A stretch of 64,000 nucleotides of DNA from a virus (Duplodnaviria > Caudoviricetes): positions 1-64,000 of IMG/VR virus record IMGVR_UViG_3300026549_000032. The stretch is one strand, 5' to 3'. Below the pieces are notes generated by a model. That model did not search any database. It had not been told where the DNA came from and was given only the letters and a program-made list of their open reading frames with translations. The translations under genes and the position numbers were made by a program. Within the stretch, counting starts at the first letter, position 1. The number at the start of each line of letters is the position of its first letter. Of the stretch, positions 26,957 through 38,100 are shown piece by piece.

Positions 26957-28834
26957 ATGAAAAGTGTACAAGACTATATAGATAGATATAAAGGTGTCGT
27001 AAAGAATCTTGGTTATGCCGGGGAGAGTGCTGACATTCTTATACAACTCCTGGCTAATGCTTCTTGGATCGGTGAAGTCGAGAATGCTTCTTACATGGCA
27101 GAATCTTCCTTAGAGAAGGCATCCTTAATTAATTCAAAGATCCAGCACTGTGTTGACATGATGTACTCAGTGTATAGGGGAGCATGTCCTAGAGTAATTA
27201 TGAAAATAAAACCCACCAAGTATCTGACACTGAATCCGTATGACCCCATTATTGAATCCTCTAACTTCAGGATTTACTATTTGGGGTATTACAAGGTCAT
27301 TGATGCTGATGGTAATGTCGTGAGGGGTAGTAATGTATCTTCTCCTTCGACTGATACAGAAGATGGTACTACTGGAGATGAAGGGGAAACTGATGAGAAC
27401 ATCATTAAAATTATTCCCTCTAGTAGTATTATGGACGTCACTAACCCAATGGGTACGGTAGATCCAGTTACTCCGGATGATGACGAAACTTATGAATATG
27501 ATGACGAAGAGATTAAACATGCTACCTTGGACGAACTTATTATGGATCATCGTTTTACAGGGACATGGGAATATTCGTCAGCTACGTTCTACCCAGTCTT
27601 AGAGGAAGATGACCCCGAGACTGATGTGGATGATACTGTGGATGGTATTCAGATTATTATCGGTTTTATTGCCCCCAAGCGTATTGGTGAGGAGAATAAC
27701 ATGAAGATTGATAAGGTCATTAGTACAGCCAATGACTACTATGTTGATTGTACGGCCGAGAACTTGAGCGATGATGTTTTCATCCAGGTAGGTGCTATCG
27801 ACGAACAGACCAATCAGGTGTCCGATATGAGCATACAACCTAAGACTCGTATCTTTGCCGAGCACATCCTAGAGCATAAAATCTTTGATCTTACTATTCC
27901 ATCCTTTGGTTCACGCTTGTATGTGGCTAATTTCTACAAAGATATTATCGGCCGCGATTCACAGGAAGTAGAGGGTATTACGAGTAGTGCAAAAATATCA
28001 GCTCAATACTATGGTTACTCAGAGCTTGATGATTATAATGAGTCTGAGCTTAGACGAGTAGCCTTAAAAGGAGCTGAACTCTTACACTTCAATGATGTAC
28101 AGGATGAGGACGGTAATGTATATACAAATCCTTTCCTAATACAAAACTCTTTAACCGAGTATGATGAGGTTGAGGGTCTGTGTTATATTGATGCTGTACC
28201 AAGGGATGACCTGAATACAATTCACTACAAGGCTAACCGAGACCGCTACGTTAATTCTATTCTCCGCAGTAATTCCGATATCGGTACTGTACTGGAGGAG
28301 ACATATCCGGGGGTCGTCAAGAGTGGTGGTACGTCGTACGTTTTTAACGCCAACACAAGTTCTGCCAGATATAGTACTATTAACCTCTATTATATTCCGA
28401 AGCAGGAGAACGTTCTCTTAACAGACGAAGAGATTGAGAAGTTTAAAAAGGAGAAACGTGCTTACTACGTTATTACCTCTATTATCAACGTAGAGCCTGG
28501 TCATAAGTTTACTGCCACATTTGATATCTCCTTAGACCTCTTCAAGGGATCTACCGAAGATTGGGATCAACTGGTGGGTCAGGACATCTTAGTATCGGGT
28601 TATGAAAAGAAGTTTGGCGTGACCTTTGATGAGTCCACCAAGAAAGATATAGAGGCAGTGATCAGTAAAATCTCTAATGTGAAGCGAATTTCCTCTTTGA
28701 GCGTGTCTTACTTGGACGGAGGTCGTTCGGTTACCGCAGATTATATTGCTGAGAAGTACGGTGTAAACGCATATTACGAAATAAAGTATAGTATAACCAC
28801 TTCAGTTAATTCTACGGGGGGGGGGGACAAGTAG
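26957..28834 (+). CDS. Baseplate wedge protein (gp6/gpJ-like)
   Basis: N-terminal 'ILIQLLAN.......ASYMAESSLEKASLINSKIQHCVDMMYSV' and C-terminal 'INLYYIP......LTDEEIEKF'. Confidence 0.75.
   Translation: MKSVQDYIDRYKGVVKNLGYAGESADILIQLLANASWIGEVENASYMAESSLEKASLINSKIQHCVDMMYSVYRGACPRVIMKIKPTKYLTLNPYDPIIESSNFRIYYLGYYKVIDADGNVVRGSNVSSPSTDTEDGTTGDEGETDENIIKIIPSSSIMDVTNPMGTVDPVTPDDDETYEYDDEEIKHATLDELIMDHRFTGTWEYSSATFYPVLEEDDPETDVDDTVDGIQIIIGFIAPKRIGEENNMKIDKVISTANDYYVDCTAENLSDDVFIQVGAIDEQTNQVSDMSIQPKTRIFAEHILEHKIFDLTIPSFGSRLYVANFYKDIIGRDSQEVEGITSSAKISAQYYGYSELDDYNESELRRVALKGAELLHFNDVQDEDGNVYTNPFLIQNSLTEYDEVEGLCYIDAVPRDDLNTIHYKANRDRYVNSILRSNSDIGTVLEETYPGVVKSGGTSYVFNANTSSARYSTINLYYIPKQENVLLTDEEIEKFKKEKRAYYVITSIINVEPGHKFTATFDISLDLFKGSTEDWDQLVGQDILVSGYEKKFGVTFDESTKKDIEAVISKISNVKRISSLSVSYLDGGRSVTADYIAEKYGVNAYYEIKYSITTSVNSTGGGDK
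28816..28826 (+). repeat. G11 homopolymer at the 3' end of the wedge gene
   Basis: TCTAC-GGGGGGGGGGG-ACAAGTAG; the only long G run noticed in this AT-rich window. Confidence 0.95.
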
Positions 28835-28837
28835 TAT

Positions 28838-29368
28838 ATGAAACTATTTATTAAAGAAAATCTACGAGCAATCCCTATCATAAATCAACTCTATAACATA
28901 GTTCGGGCCTATGGTCTGACCTATAGTGGAGAAGATGAACAGGATTCCATGGAGGACTATAAGTATTCTCTCAGGAACGACCATGTTCAGAGATTTATTG
29001 ACTATGTGACCTTAGGGGAAACTGATGCGGTGGTTAGGAAAAACAAAATCACATATCTTACGGCCTTGTTCTATAGTGTGAAGGGAACTTATAAAGTTTT
29101 TGACTACATGATAGACTACGCCTTGGCGGATATTGATATAACCTATACGGCAAAGAATATTTCTATCTCCATCAATACTATCCCAGAGTCGTTGGATCGT
29201 GATCTTTTCTGTACTTACCTAGAGAAGTTCTTATCAGCACTTCTTTACTTTGAGTCCTTAGATATTACAATCTCTACGCTCTCCGTTAGTGTTATGGATA
29301 ATACTGTAGCTGCCTTGAATCATGGTAAGGCATACTACCAATATTACGAAGCAAGAGAAGAAGAATGA
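28838..29368 (+). CDS. Baseplate wedge protein (gp7/gpI-like)
   Basis: 'LFYSVKGTYKVFDY' matches the tail-I/gp7 'Y..KGT' motif, and the gene follows the gp6-like gene. Confidence 0.6.
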   Translation: MKLFIKENLRAIPIINQLYNIVRAYGLTYSGEDEQDSMEDYKYSLRNDHVQRFIDYVTLGETDAVVRKNKITYLTALFYSVKGTYKVFDYMIDYALADIDITYTAKNISISINTIPESLDRDLFCTYLEKFLSALLYFESLDITISTLSVSVMDNTVAALNHGKAYYQYYEAREEE

Positions 29369-31425
29369 GAATAGAATATGATAATTACTTAGATAGAACC
29401 ACGAAACTTGATCCACTACCATACTTTACGACTATCAACAAGATTGTCTTGAAAGGAGAACAGCAATCGGATATCACTATGTATTATGGAAGCGATGAGT
29501 CTCTCTTAGGATTGTCTGATATAAATGAGTATGGTTGGGAGTTCCTGGTTGATAAGTATAAGCATGATGACACTGATGTTCTGTCACTTCTTCCTCTGGC
29601 AGTGAAAAATAATATAGGAACATCAATGTCTGACTTGGAGGTGTTAAGGAAAGCTCTCTTCCCAACTTTAGCTGGTGGTGAAACTAGGCAGGAGCCTGGG
29701 GATATCGAGTACTTCGGAACACTCTCCATCGGTCGACAAAAATTACTTATAGTTCGTATTCCTCCCGCCTATTCGGTGGCTGAGCTTTGGGATACTACAG
29801 ATATCACTAAAAGAATTGATTATATAAATCCAGAAACTGGTGAGATAGAATCCACCGAGTATGAACGCTATATAAACGATATTACTCCATCTTCCTCTAG
29901 ACGAGTAGCTCCAGAAGGTCTTGATACTGTAGAGACTCTTCTCCCTAAGATAAAAGTAATGATGGATGATGATGAGATTACGTGCACTGACTTGGTTTGG
30001 TTTGTAGTATCAACGGGAACCACTGGTCAGAGTAATGTATCTAACATTAACTTATCATTCTTGTCATGGGAAGAAACCAGGAATCCACATAGAAATCTTC
30101 ATGAGTATCTCCTGAGGAATGATGATAAAGCCTTTATCGAAACCGCTACGAAGGTAGTTGAATATGATGCTACCCTTGATCAGTATATGGATGAAGCGTC
30201 AGGAACATTAGTGGGGAATGAGAGAATAAATAACCATCCTCTTCTTGATAGAGCTATATTCCTTGCTCAGGAAAACACGGAGTGGGATAAGTATGCTATC
30301 TATGACCGAGGTGAGAAGGCTATGTGCAAGGGAACTGAGTACGTATCTTTGATTCCCAGGAACAGAGGAAATTATCCTCTCTGGAATCCCTCTGCCTGGA
30401 TGAAGGCTGATATAATACCCACTAAGCAGCAATGTTTTGGTGCTCGACGAGTATTTATCAAGACGCTGGGAACTATTCCCGAAGCAATTGGTAGTATATA
30501 TCCTGCTAGTGTGATTATCCCATCGGATGTAGAAGAGGGGACTTATAAAAAGTTCACAATTACCTACTCAAGCAAGGGAGTTCTTCAACCATCAGAATCA
30601 GGCTTAATTAAATTTAAAGATTCATTGGGGAATATACAGGATAATCTTCTTCAAGAGAAGCAGTATCAAGCTTTCAGGTATGGTGGTCAGAAGACCGAAG
30701 CATGGATAGACTTACATAACCTCAATGAAGAGGCCAGGAATTCAGATACAGTTAGTATAACTTTTACCTCTGCTACTTATCCCGTTAAAGGGATTGTAGT
30801 TGACGAGGATGCTGGTACAAGAACTGACCTAGAGACGATTAATTACGCACTAGGAAGTTCCTACGTCTACACTAAGAATCTTTTAACAGGATATACGGCG
30901 GTTGTTGATAAGATAGTCAAGAACTATTACATTGGTGCTACGTTCTTAGGAAGTGCAGATGTTTCTAGCTATTTTTTGACTTCGGGAAAGAAAATTTCCA
31001 TCAAAGAGGATATGAATGTTCCCGCCTCCATTGTTTATGAGATCTATGTGAAACGTCTTCAGTATGTACTCTTGATCTCTGAGTATCCTGGTTTCATTGT
31101 GGACTACGTTGAGAAGAAGGTAAATGTCCCCAATGGATTGACTGAAACTTATTCTCCTGCTTCGATTAAGTTCCGTCCTGTGGATGGTGACTTTGAGAAG
31201 GTTGTATCAGTGAGTGCAATGTGGGATAATACTTGGCACGATTCCGTTTTGAGTACGTCTTCCATAGAACGTATGAGCTATACTGCTCAAGGTTATAACC
31301 AAACAGGCCAGACCGTAGATACCTGGCTTTTGAAGAGAAAGATTGATCCAGTGACAGGTCTTCAGAAATATTACGAGGTTGAAATCCCGAACGTTGTTAA
31401 GAATATTACATTTAAGATAGTATGA
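29365..31425 (+). CDS. Baseplate/fibre-associated protein with a CBM5/12-like motif
   Basis: 'WDKYAIYDRGEKAMCKGTEYVSL...N.GNYP...PSAW' at ~30280-30400; ATGA-coupled within the baseplate operon. Confidence 0.5.
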   Translation: MRIEYDNYLDRTTKLDPLPYFTTINKIVLKGEQQSDITMYYGSDESLLGLSDINEYGWEFLVDKYKHDDTDVLSLLPLAVKNNIGTSMSDLEVLRKALFPTLAGGETRQEPGDIEYFGTLSIGRQKLLIVRIPPAYSVAELWDTTDITKRIDYINPETGEIESTEYERYINDITPSSSRRVAPEGLDTVETLLPKIKVMMDDDEITCTDLVWFVVSTGTTGQSNVSNINLSFLSWEETRNPHRNLHEYLLRNDDKAFIETATKVVEYDATLDQYMDEASGTLVGNERINNHPLLDRAIFLAQENTEWDKYAIYDRGEKAMCKGTEYVSLIPRNRGNYPLWNPSAWMKADIIPTKQQCFGARRVFIKTLGTIPEAIGSIYPASVIIPSDVEEGTYKKFTITYSSKGVLQPSESGLIKFKDSLGNIQDNLLQEKQYQAFRYGGQKTEAWIDLHNLNEEARNSDTVSITFTSATYPVKGIVVDEDAGTRTDLETINYALGSSYVYTKNLLTGYTAVVDKIVKNYYIGATFLGSADVSSYFLTSGKKISIKEDMNVPASIVYEIYVKRLQYVLLISEYPGFIVDYVEKKVNVPNGLTETYSPASIKFRPVDGDFEKVVSVSAMWDNTWHDSVLSTSSIERMSYTAQGYNQTGQTVDTWLLKRKIDPVTGLQKYYEVEIPNVVKNITFKIV

Positions 31426-32549
31426 TAATTAATAATAAAAGTATTAGAGGTATATTTGTCTATACACCAGAGGCTATTTTTGAACGTGCCGACTATGTTA
31501 TAGAAGGAATATACATCTATATATGTGAGTCTGACCGTGTGTCTGGATTTAAACCCTCGGAGAATCCTGATAAGTTTTCCCTCTATGTAGGGGGTGAACT
31601 AGCAACTTTAGATGACTTTCTCAAGTATGCTTCGCAAGGAGATCCAGAGTCTGGCAATAAATTAGTATCTGCCTATCTCTTAGGACAGATTTTAAATACA
31701 TATCAGTCGGGCTACAACGAGGCTGGTATCATTACTAATGAGGTCGCAGCTGATGGAGAGATCTTTATGACTGATTACTTCAAGGTGGACTCGGGTCATG
31801 ATATAATTGGAACTAAGTACTTAGATCCTCTCAAAGAGATTATGGTGCAGCCTGCCCTGAATAGTGCTGTGTTTACAGTTCATCGAGACATAGCTAGTCG
31901 TATTTTTGGTCAGTTCTCAGGAACAAACTTAGCGACAGTTATTCTTCGCCAGTATACTTATAAAGAGCAGGACATGGATAATAGGTATATTCGTGTTCAA
32001 GAGATTACCGACCAGGAGACAGGTTCGACTAAGTTTAGGTACTTGATTATTGATGATCAAGACTATTCAGGAACAATCTCAGCCTGGGTTAGTACAAATA
32101 TGTCTGAGGGCGTATCAAGTCAAGTAGATGCTATCATCAACTACTACATTGCAGAGAATGAACGTCTCAGATCAAAAGAGGCCAGTCTTCAGAATATGTT
32201 TAGATTTGCTGAACTTGAGGTAGATAACACAGGTATGGAGGTTAGTATTGTCGGACTTGATAGTACTGATTACGTGACTATCTGTCTGTATAAGAATGAT
32301 AATGTATCCGGATCTACTACAATTAGATCCAATGAGACATTAACTATACCTCTCTCAGACTTTACTACAAGTTCACCGACACGAGTCTATCAGGTGTTCT
32401 CTGCTTATCGAGCATCCGTTAATAAGTCGGATACAAAGCTAACCTTTACCTTTACTTCGTCACTTACTCAGAGTGCATCAGTGAGGATAGGAAATGCATA
32501 TTATAGACAATCTTATCCAGATTATCAACAATGGCTCAGTCAAAATTAA
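31422..32549 (+). CDS. Hypothetical baseplate/tail protein
   Basis: Coupled ORF with a weakly CBM-like N-terminus ('YTPEAIFERADYV...IYIC') and a central coiled coil. Confidence 0.55.
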   Translation: MIINNKSIRGIFVYTPEAIFERADYVIEGIYIYICESDRVSGFKPSENPDKFSLYVGGELATLDDFLKYASQGDPESGNKLVSAYLLGQILNTYQSGYNEAGIITNEVAADGEIFMTDYFKVDSGHDIIGTKYLDPLKEIMVQPALNSAVFTVHRDIASRIFGQFSGTNLATVILRQYTYKEQDMDNRYIRVQEITDQETGSTKFRYLIIDDQDYSGTISAWVSTNMSEGVSSQVDAIINYYIAENERLRSKEASLQNMFRFAELEVDNTGMEVSIVGLDSTDYVTICLYKNDNVSGSTTIRSNETLTIPLSDFTTSSPTRVYQVFSAYRASVNKSDTKLTFTFTSSLTQSASVRIGNAYYRQSYPDYQQWLSQN

Positions 32550-33364
32550 ATATAGCTTCTACCTACGGAAATTCAGACCTATACATCGATGAGTATAATA
32601 ACTCGACAGAGGCTCCTGCCGTATGGATTGGAACTAGTTGGGAAATTGAAACTGATGCTGGTGTGTGTCAAAATGAATCATCTTTGGAGAGCCCACTAAC
32701 GGTCATTGAGATATTCTCTAAACTTAATCAGAGACGTTTTCATGGCCCCTTAAAGAGGGTTGTTCATGGGATTGGTACTCCTGAACCTAGCCTTAGACTA
32801 ATTAAGGATGATATTCAGGCAGCTCCATACCCCAAACTTAATTCCCATTTACATCCGGGAGCTTATGTTAGGGGACCTGAGACAGTCTCATTGATGAGTA
32901 GTTCTTTAACGGAGGAAGAAGTTAATAGAATAAACGAAATATATAACATGACAATATTAGAAGATAATAATATATCTCTTTATAATGCCGCTAAGTTAGA
33001 GGTTGACTTAGGTCGTGGTTCTATAACAATTAACATGCTTGGGGATAAAGATTATACCAATACAATATCCCTGAAAGGTGTTGAAAAGAAGTATGCTAAA
33101 CCGAACATCTCTGGAAAAGTAGATCTTACGGTTAAGTATACGAGGGGCGGTCTGGTCTACACAAAGGACCTATCTTTTGAAGCTTTCAAGTATGATGATA
33201 ATGAACTTGAACCAAAGTCGACTAGCAATTCATATGTTAGTCCATTGAATAATGCTGACGTAGTGGTTGAATACTTAGGAGGGATTGTAAGAGTTATACC
33301 AGAATCTGACGATATTGATGAATGTATAATCAGTAGCTGTGTTGTAACTTATGGTCGCATCTAA
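32531..33364 (+). CDS. Hypothetical structural protein
   Basis: Overlapping ORF in the continuous operon. Confidence 0.6.
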   Translation: MAQSKLNIASTYGNSDLYIDEYNNSTEAPAVWIGTSWEIETDAGVCQNESSLESPLTVIEIFSKLNQRRFHGPLKRVVHGIGTPEPSLRLIKDDIQAAPYPKLNSHLHPGAYVRGPETVSLMSSSLTEEEVNRINEIYNMTILEDNNISLYNAAKLEVDLGRGSITINMLGDKDYTNTISLKGVEKKYAKPNISGKVDLTVKYTRGGLVYTKDLSFEAFKYDDNELEPKSTSNSYVSPLNNADVVVEYLGGIVRVIPESDDIDECIISSCVVTYGRI

Positions 33365-35120
33365 GAAAACAGAGATCTTAGGAACAAAGTCTCTTAATCA
33401 GTGTGATAGTATTAGGCTATACAACACAGAGACTTTTAAGAACCCTAGTATTGTATCGGGATTTGGATTATCAGAGAGTGATGTAGAACTACTCTGTTCC
33501 ACTCCCGATGCTACTAAGGTAGTAGAAATAAATACAATATTATCTAGGTTTACTGAATACGATGCCCTTGAGCCAGATGAAAACTTGGTTTTTACATTTA
33601 ACAATAATGTACCAGGTCTCCTTAATGGACAAGGTTTTGATACAATAATATTTCTCTTCATGGGAGAAATCCTAGGCTATATCTGTCTTCTAAATCCAGT
33701 TGGCAGAATAGTAAATCAATCCGGAGCCTCCACTTATGACTTAAAGAGAACTTATTCAGTAAATACGATATATTTAACCTTGACTAGTGACGGCAATGGT
33801 ATCTTAGTTGACAAGGATATGATCAGTCTTCTTAATAACTTGATACCTATTGCTGAAACTACAGGTCGAGACTTACGAGGGGAAGAGAATTATGACTTCG
33901 CCACGGTAAAAGATATTGAGGGTAGCGTAGATCGATCCTCAAACTATACAATACACTTAGAAGAGTTCCTATCTGGGAGAGATATTTTTACCGATACAAC
34001 AATCTCAACAAACCTTGATACTCCAGGGGAGATTAATATATACAAACTTGGTATTAAACGAAATCTAACCCTAGATAGTGTCTACTCTTCCTTCGAACAT
34101 CACCAGATTGGTTATTACAAAGGAGATCCTAGTATCTACATCTGGAATGATGATGGTGAATATTCAATATTCTCTCTGACAAAGCTTTTAGGAGAATACT
34201 TTGATGACGATAATACCAGACCTCTCTCTTATACAGTTAATAGTGAGATCTCTAAGTCTGAGATTTTCCAAGTACCGTATCTCTATGAAGGACAGCAGCG
34301 ACCAACTATAAGTGGTTTTGCTGGGAAGTACCTGATCTGCAAACTCTCAGGGAAGCAATATCTCCTAGACATTGATAGACAGTCTGGGGAAGATCCCTAT
34401 AACCACCTTTATGAAAAAAATAAAGGGTGGATTAAATGGAAAGACCCAGATACAGGTAAATCATATCCTGTTACAGACTTCTCCGTAGATAGAACAGATC
34501 CCTATTGTAAAGTATCCTTGCCAGAGAAAGATACTTGGGCTTGGACACATTGGACGGACGTTGTTGAAGATGTTAAGTCCCTCAGTGATACTTACTCTGA
34601 TTCTAGTGTAGGTGTTGTGGGTTATAATAAGACCTTCACCGCCAGATATGGTCAGTGGCATGTCACGGAGGATCAAATAGCCAAAACATATTCTGGAATG
34701 ACTAGGTCTGTAGTATTTGCTATCGAGGAGAACGATCCGTTTATTTTAAATGACAAGGCTCTAATTGCTTGGTCGAAGGGAACGGATTCGGAAGGATGTG
34801 ACACTATTACCTATACTCTCTATAACAATGATGGTTATTACATGACTCAGAAATGCTATGATAATGGATCATCTTTGTCAGACGGTGAGTCTTATGGTGA
34901 TAGGTACACAATATACCCAAGCAATTCTCATAAAACCGTTACTTTCCGAGTATCGTCTAGTCATGATACCGATGCAAGTAGTCCTTTAGAAGTTCAGAAT
35001 AGCTTCTTTGCAGGTTATCGGAGGGGTAGTCTTCCTATAACTATGGATGGTTTTAGAGTTATTGGTGCTTTAGCTGGTTTGGTGTTTTATAGAATTGGCA
35101 ATACAATAAATTATCTATAA
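33351..35120 (+). CDS. Hypothetical structural protein (beta-rich)
   Basis: 589-aa overlapping ORF in the operon. Confidence 0.6.
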   Translation: MVASKKTEILGTKSLNQCDSIRLYNTETFKNPSIVSGFGLSESDVELLCSTPDATKVVEINTILSRFTEYDALEPDENLVFTFNNNVPGLLNGQGFDTIIFLFMGEILGYICLLNPVGRIVNQSGASTYDLKRTYSVNTIYLTLTSDGNGILVDKDMISLLNNLIPIAETTGRDLRGEENYDFATVKDIEGSVDRSSNYTIHLEEFLSGRDIFTDTTISTNLDTPGEINIYKLGIKRNLTLDSVYSSFEHHQIGYYKGDPSIYIWNDDGEYSIFSLTKLLGEYFDDDNTRPLSYTVNSEISKSEIFQVPYLYEGQQRPTISGFAGKYLICKLSGKQYLLDIDRQSGEDPYNHLYEKNKGWIKWKDPDTGKSYPVTDFSVDRTDPYCKVSLPEKDTWAWTHWTDVVEDVKSLSDTYSDSSVGVVGYNKTFTARYGQWHVTEDQIAKTYSGMTRSVVFAIEENDPFILNDKALIAWSKGTDSEGCDTITYTLYNNDGYYMTQKCYDNGSSLSDGESYGDRYTIYPSNSHKTVTFRVSSSHDTDASSPLEVQNSFFAGYRRGSLPITMDGFRVIGALAGLVFYRIGNTINYL

Positions 35121-35128
35121 TAAAAAGT

Positions 35129-38100
35129 ATGACGTTAAGATTTAGCGACAATTTTAAAAAAGAAATACAAGAACTTGGCAATGCAGTGCTCTTAAAGGAG
35201 GCTACTCTATTAGGAGGACTTCGAGATGAAGGGACTTTTATAGAGTTTCAATCTCTTTGGAATGAAGAAACAAAGACACTCAGTATAACACTTGATTTGT
35301 CAGAGATCTCAGCCGATCAGGTGGAGGGAGTTAATGTAATTCAAGTTTACTATAGTGATTTGAGTGGTGAGAGAATTGGAGAAGCCTTTCAGTTAAGATC
35401 CCCTAATGATCTACTCCTCTGTCATAAAAAAAGAGATCCAGTTAATTATGATGAGCCTGTTACTTACTTGACTCGTGATTTGAACCACATAACAGTTTAT
35501 TTTCCTTCCACAACCGTGGCTGATATTAAGACTGTCTTGTCAGATGATAACACCAAGTTCTTGGAGAAGTATGCTGGTATGCAGGGTGTTAACACGTTTC
35601 TCGCCAGAGAAGGTCGTTATGAGGAAACTGATTACTTAACAAAAGATTCCTACGAGGCTTACATTCGAGATAGAATATCTCTAACGAATTCAATCCCTCT
35701 GTACCTCGATAAAAACGGCGAGAAAGTAACTAGCATATCAACATACAAACACTATAAGAAGATAGAAATTTACTCTGAGGGAGATACTCCACAAACAACT
35801 AGTGGTAGTAAGACCAAGTATACTATAAATAATGGCGGAACAGCTAATATTGTAGGAACTGTATTCTATGACCTATATTCTGTCAGTAATGGTGTGTATA
35901 CACTAGAAAGGGAAAACTTACGAATGGATCTTTCCCCGACTACACTGGTTCAGCTAGATATGGCTACAGGTACGCCCTTGGAAGAAACTACTTCAGCAAT
36001 TACTATCGATCCTTTCCAGAAAGCTATTACTTTCGATAGTGATCAAACATCAGAGATCAATGACTTTGCATGTCTCTTGACTTTCACTCCGGAAATTAAC
36101 GATGATAATTTAGGAATGATTGCAGGTAACTCGTTTACCATTAAATCAAACGTCGTCGAGTTCGTCACTTATCTGAGGTGGAATGTAGAGTATGGATCAT
36201 CCTTGTACGAGGATGGAGTTGTTGTTCTAGTATTTGATTCTCCTAGGGGTTCTGGCTTATGGAATTTTGAGGAGGATGAAGATTCAAGAGAAAACTGTAT
36301 AACTGTTTTTAGCGAATCTAATATAGACCCTCAGATGGATATAGTTATCACGCCAGAGGATCCAGACCGTTTTAATAGTTACTTTGAAATCATTCTTCCA
36401 CAGGAAGGTGTTTTTGAGTCATCTAATAAAAGATGGAGATACGATATAAAGATCGTTACTACACAAGACAATCTCACAGATAAGTGGTGGTACCCGTTAG
36501 GTCCTGATGGCAAGGGAACTATGGTTCTCTCTAGGATCACAGTTAATTCTGGCACAAAGAATGCGGCTTCTGATATACGTTTCTATTGTGTACAGAGACC
36601 AACTTGGCCATTAGTTATTGCTGGTAGTAGTGATCAGACTTCAGAAACATTCTCAACTGGAATTGGTCCGAAGGAGGTTAAGTTCTACCTGGATCGTCCT
36701 ATAGATAATTATACAACTTGGGAGGTAGATATGTCTGGCTTAGATTCAGACCTCTTGATAACTTCCCAAACACACGACCTAGTGGATTATGATTCGGGAA
36801 CAGTTGTAAGCCCAACCTCTGCTATCTCGGCCAAGACTATGGTCTATGCGGCCCATAGCGAAGAGGTGAATCTTGGTAGTGTAACATTCCGTAGAAGGAA
36901 TAGAGCAGGTGCAGCAGATTTTTCTTACTGGAAAGACCTAATCTATTGTCATCCAGTTAACGATATTACGATAGAGTTTTTTATTGATAGGTTAGATTTC
37001 GAGGCTGAGTCTGTAACAGCGGACCCTGATCGAGTGAACTATCCTGACGTTCCTAGTGTTCCCACTAAGTATTATTACCCAGTGGAAGATACGTATAAGA
37101 GATTATATATTTTTAATCCAGGTGAGACTAAGAGCTTTATCTTGAATACTGCTACTACCACTGGACTTAATGTCAATATGTCTGTTGACTTCCAGAGCAT
37201 ATTCGAACAGTTTTTTACAACTTCTGTCACCAAGAAAACTGAAGGATCGTTTAAGGTAGAAATAACAGCTAAACCACGAAATCCAGAATATGACCAGGCA
37301 AGTTGGTGGCCGAAGAACACAGAAGGCAAACCCATCGAGCTATTCATAGGGAATGAAACATTCTACTGTGTAGTAAGGCCTAACCTTCCTGAGCTTATGT
37401 TCTATATCCCTGAGGGAGACTCCTACAAGGTTGTTTCTGAGGTTGAGATGACTTCAGAAAAGAACCAAATAGAAGGACCAAATAATACGATTGCTCATCG
37501 TCAGATAGTATATGTCGTATCTAATGTTCTCTCTAGTGAGTTCCCTGGTTGGACAGTATTTTCAAAGGATAATGAGATGGAGGTATATTCAGTTAACCCG
37601 TCGGATAATACCGGTTCGTCCATGTCTGGAACTGTCCTCGATAGTAATATAGATAATTGGCCTAGTAAAGGTCAACAATATACAATGCTTACCACAAATA
37701 CTCTTCCCTACGACGTAACAACTGTTAAATTTGATGACTTGGTTGTTCGACGTACGGCAGGCACTGGTTTTGTGGATGAAATAGATGGTTTGTTTGAGGA
37801 TTGGAGAAATCAGTTAGTAGATAATACTTATTCACTAGGTCTCTCCTTAGCTCCTACAGGGAAATCAGATAAAATAACAGTTCAGTACTTAACATCAGGT
37901 GGTAATAGAGAGGACTACATTGAAGGTCTCCCCTTAGAACTTGATTATATAGGACTATATAGGATCTATGTTAAGAGTGAGATGGGATTCCGAGTTTCGC
38001 TCCCCAGTAGTAACAAGAGAGATGGCTTCTACTTCTTTAATTCCTCCGGGAATGAGATTAAGTGGGATGTATTGACTCTCGATGAAGGCTCTTTTGATAC

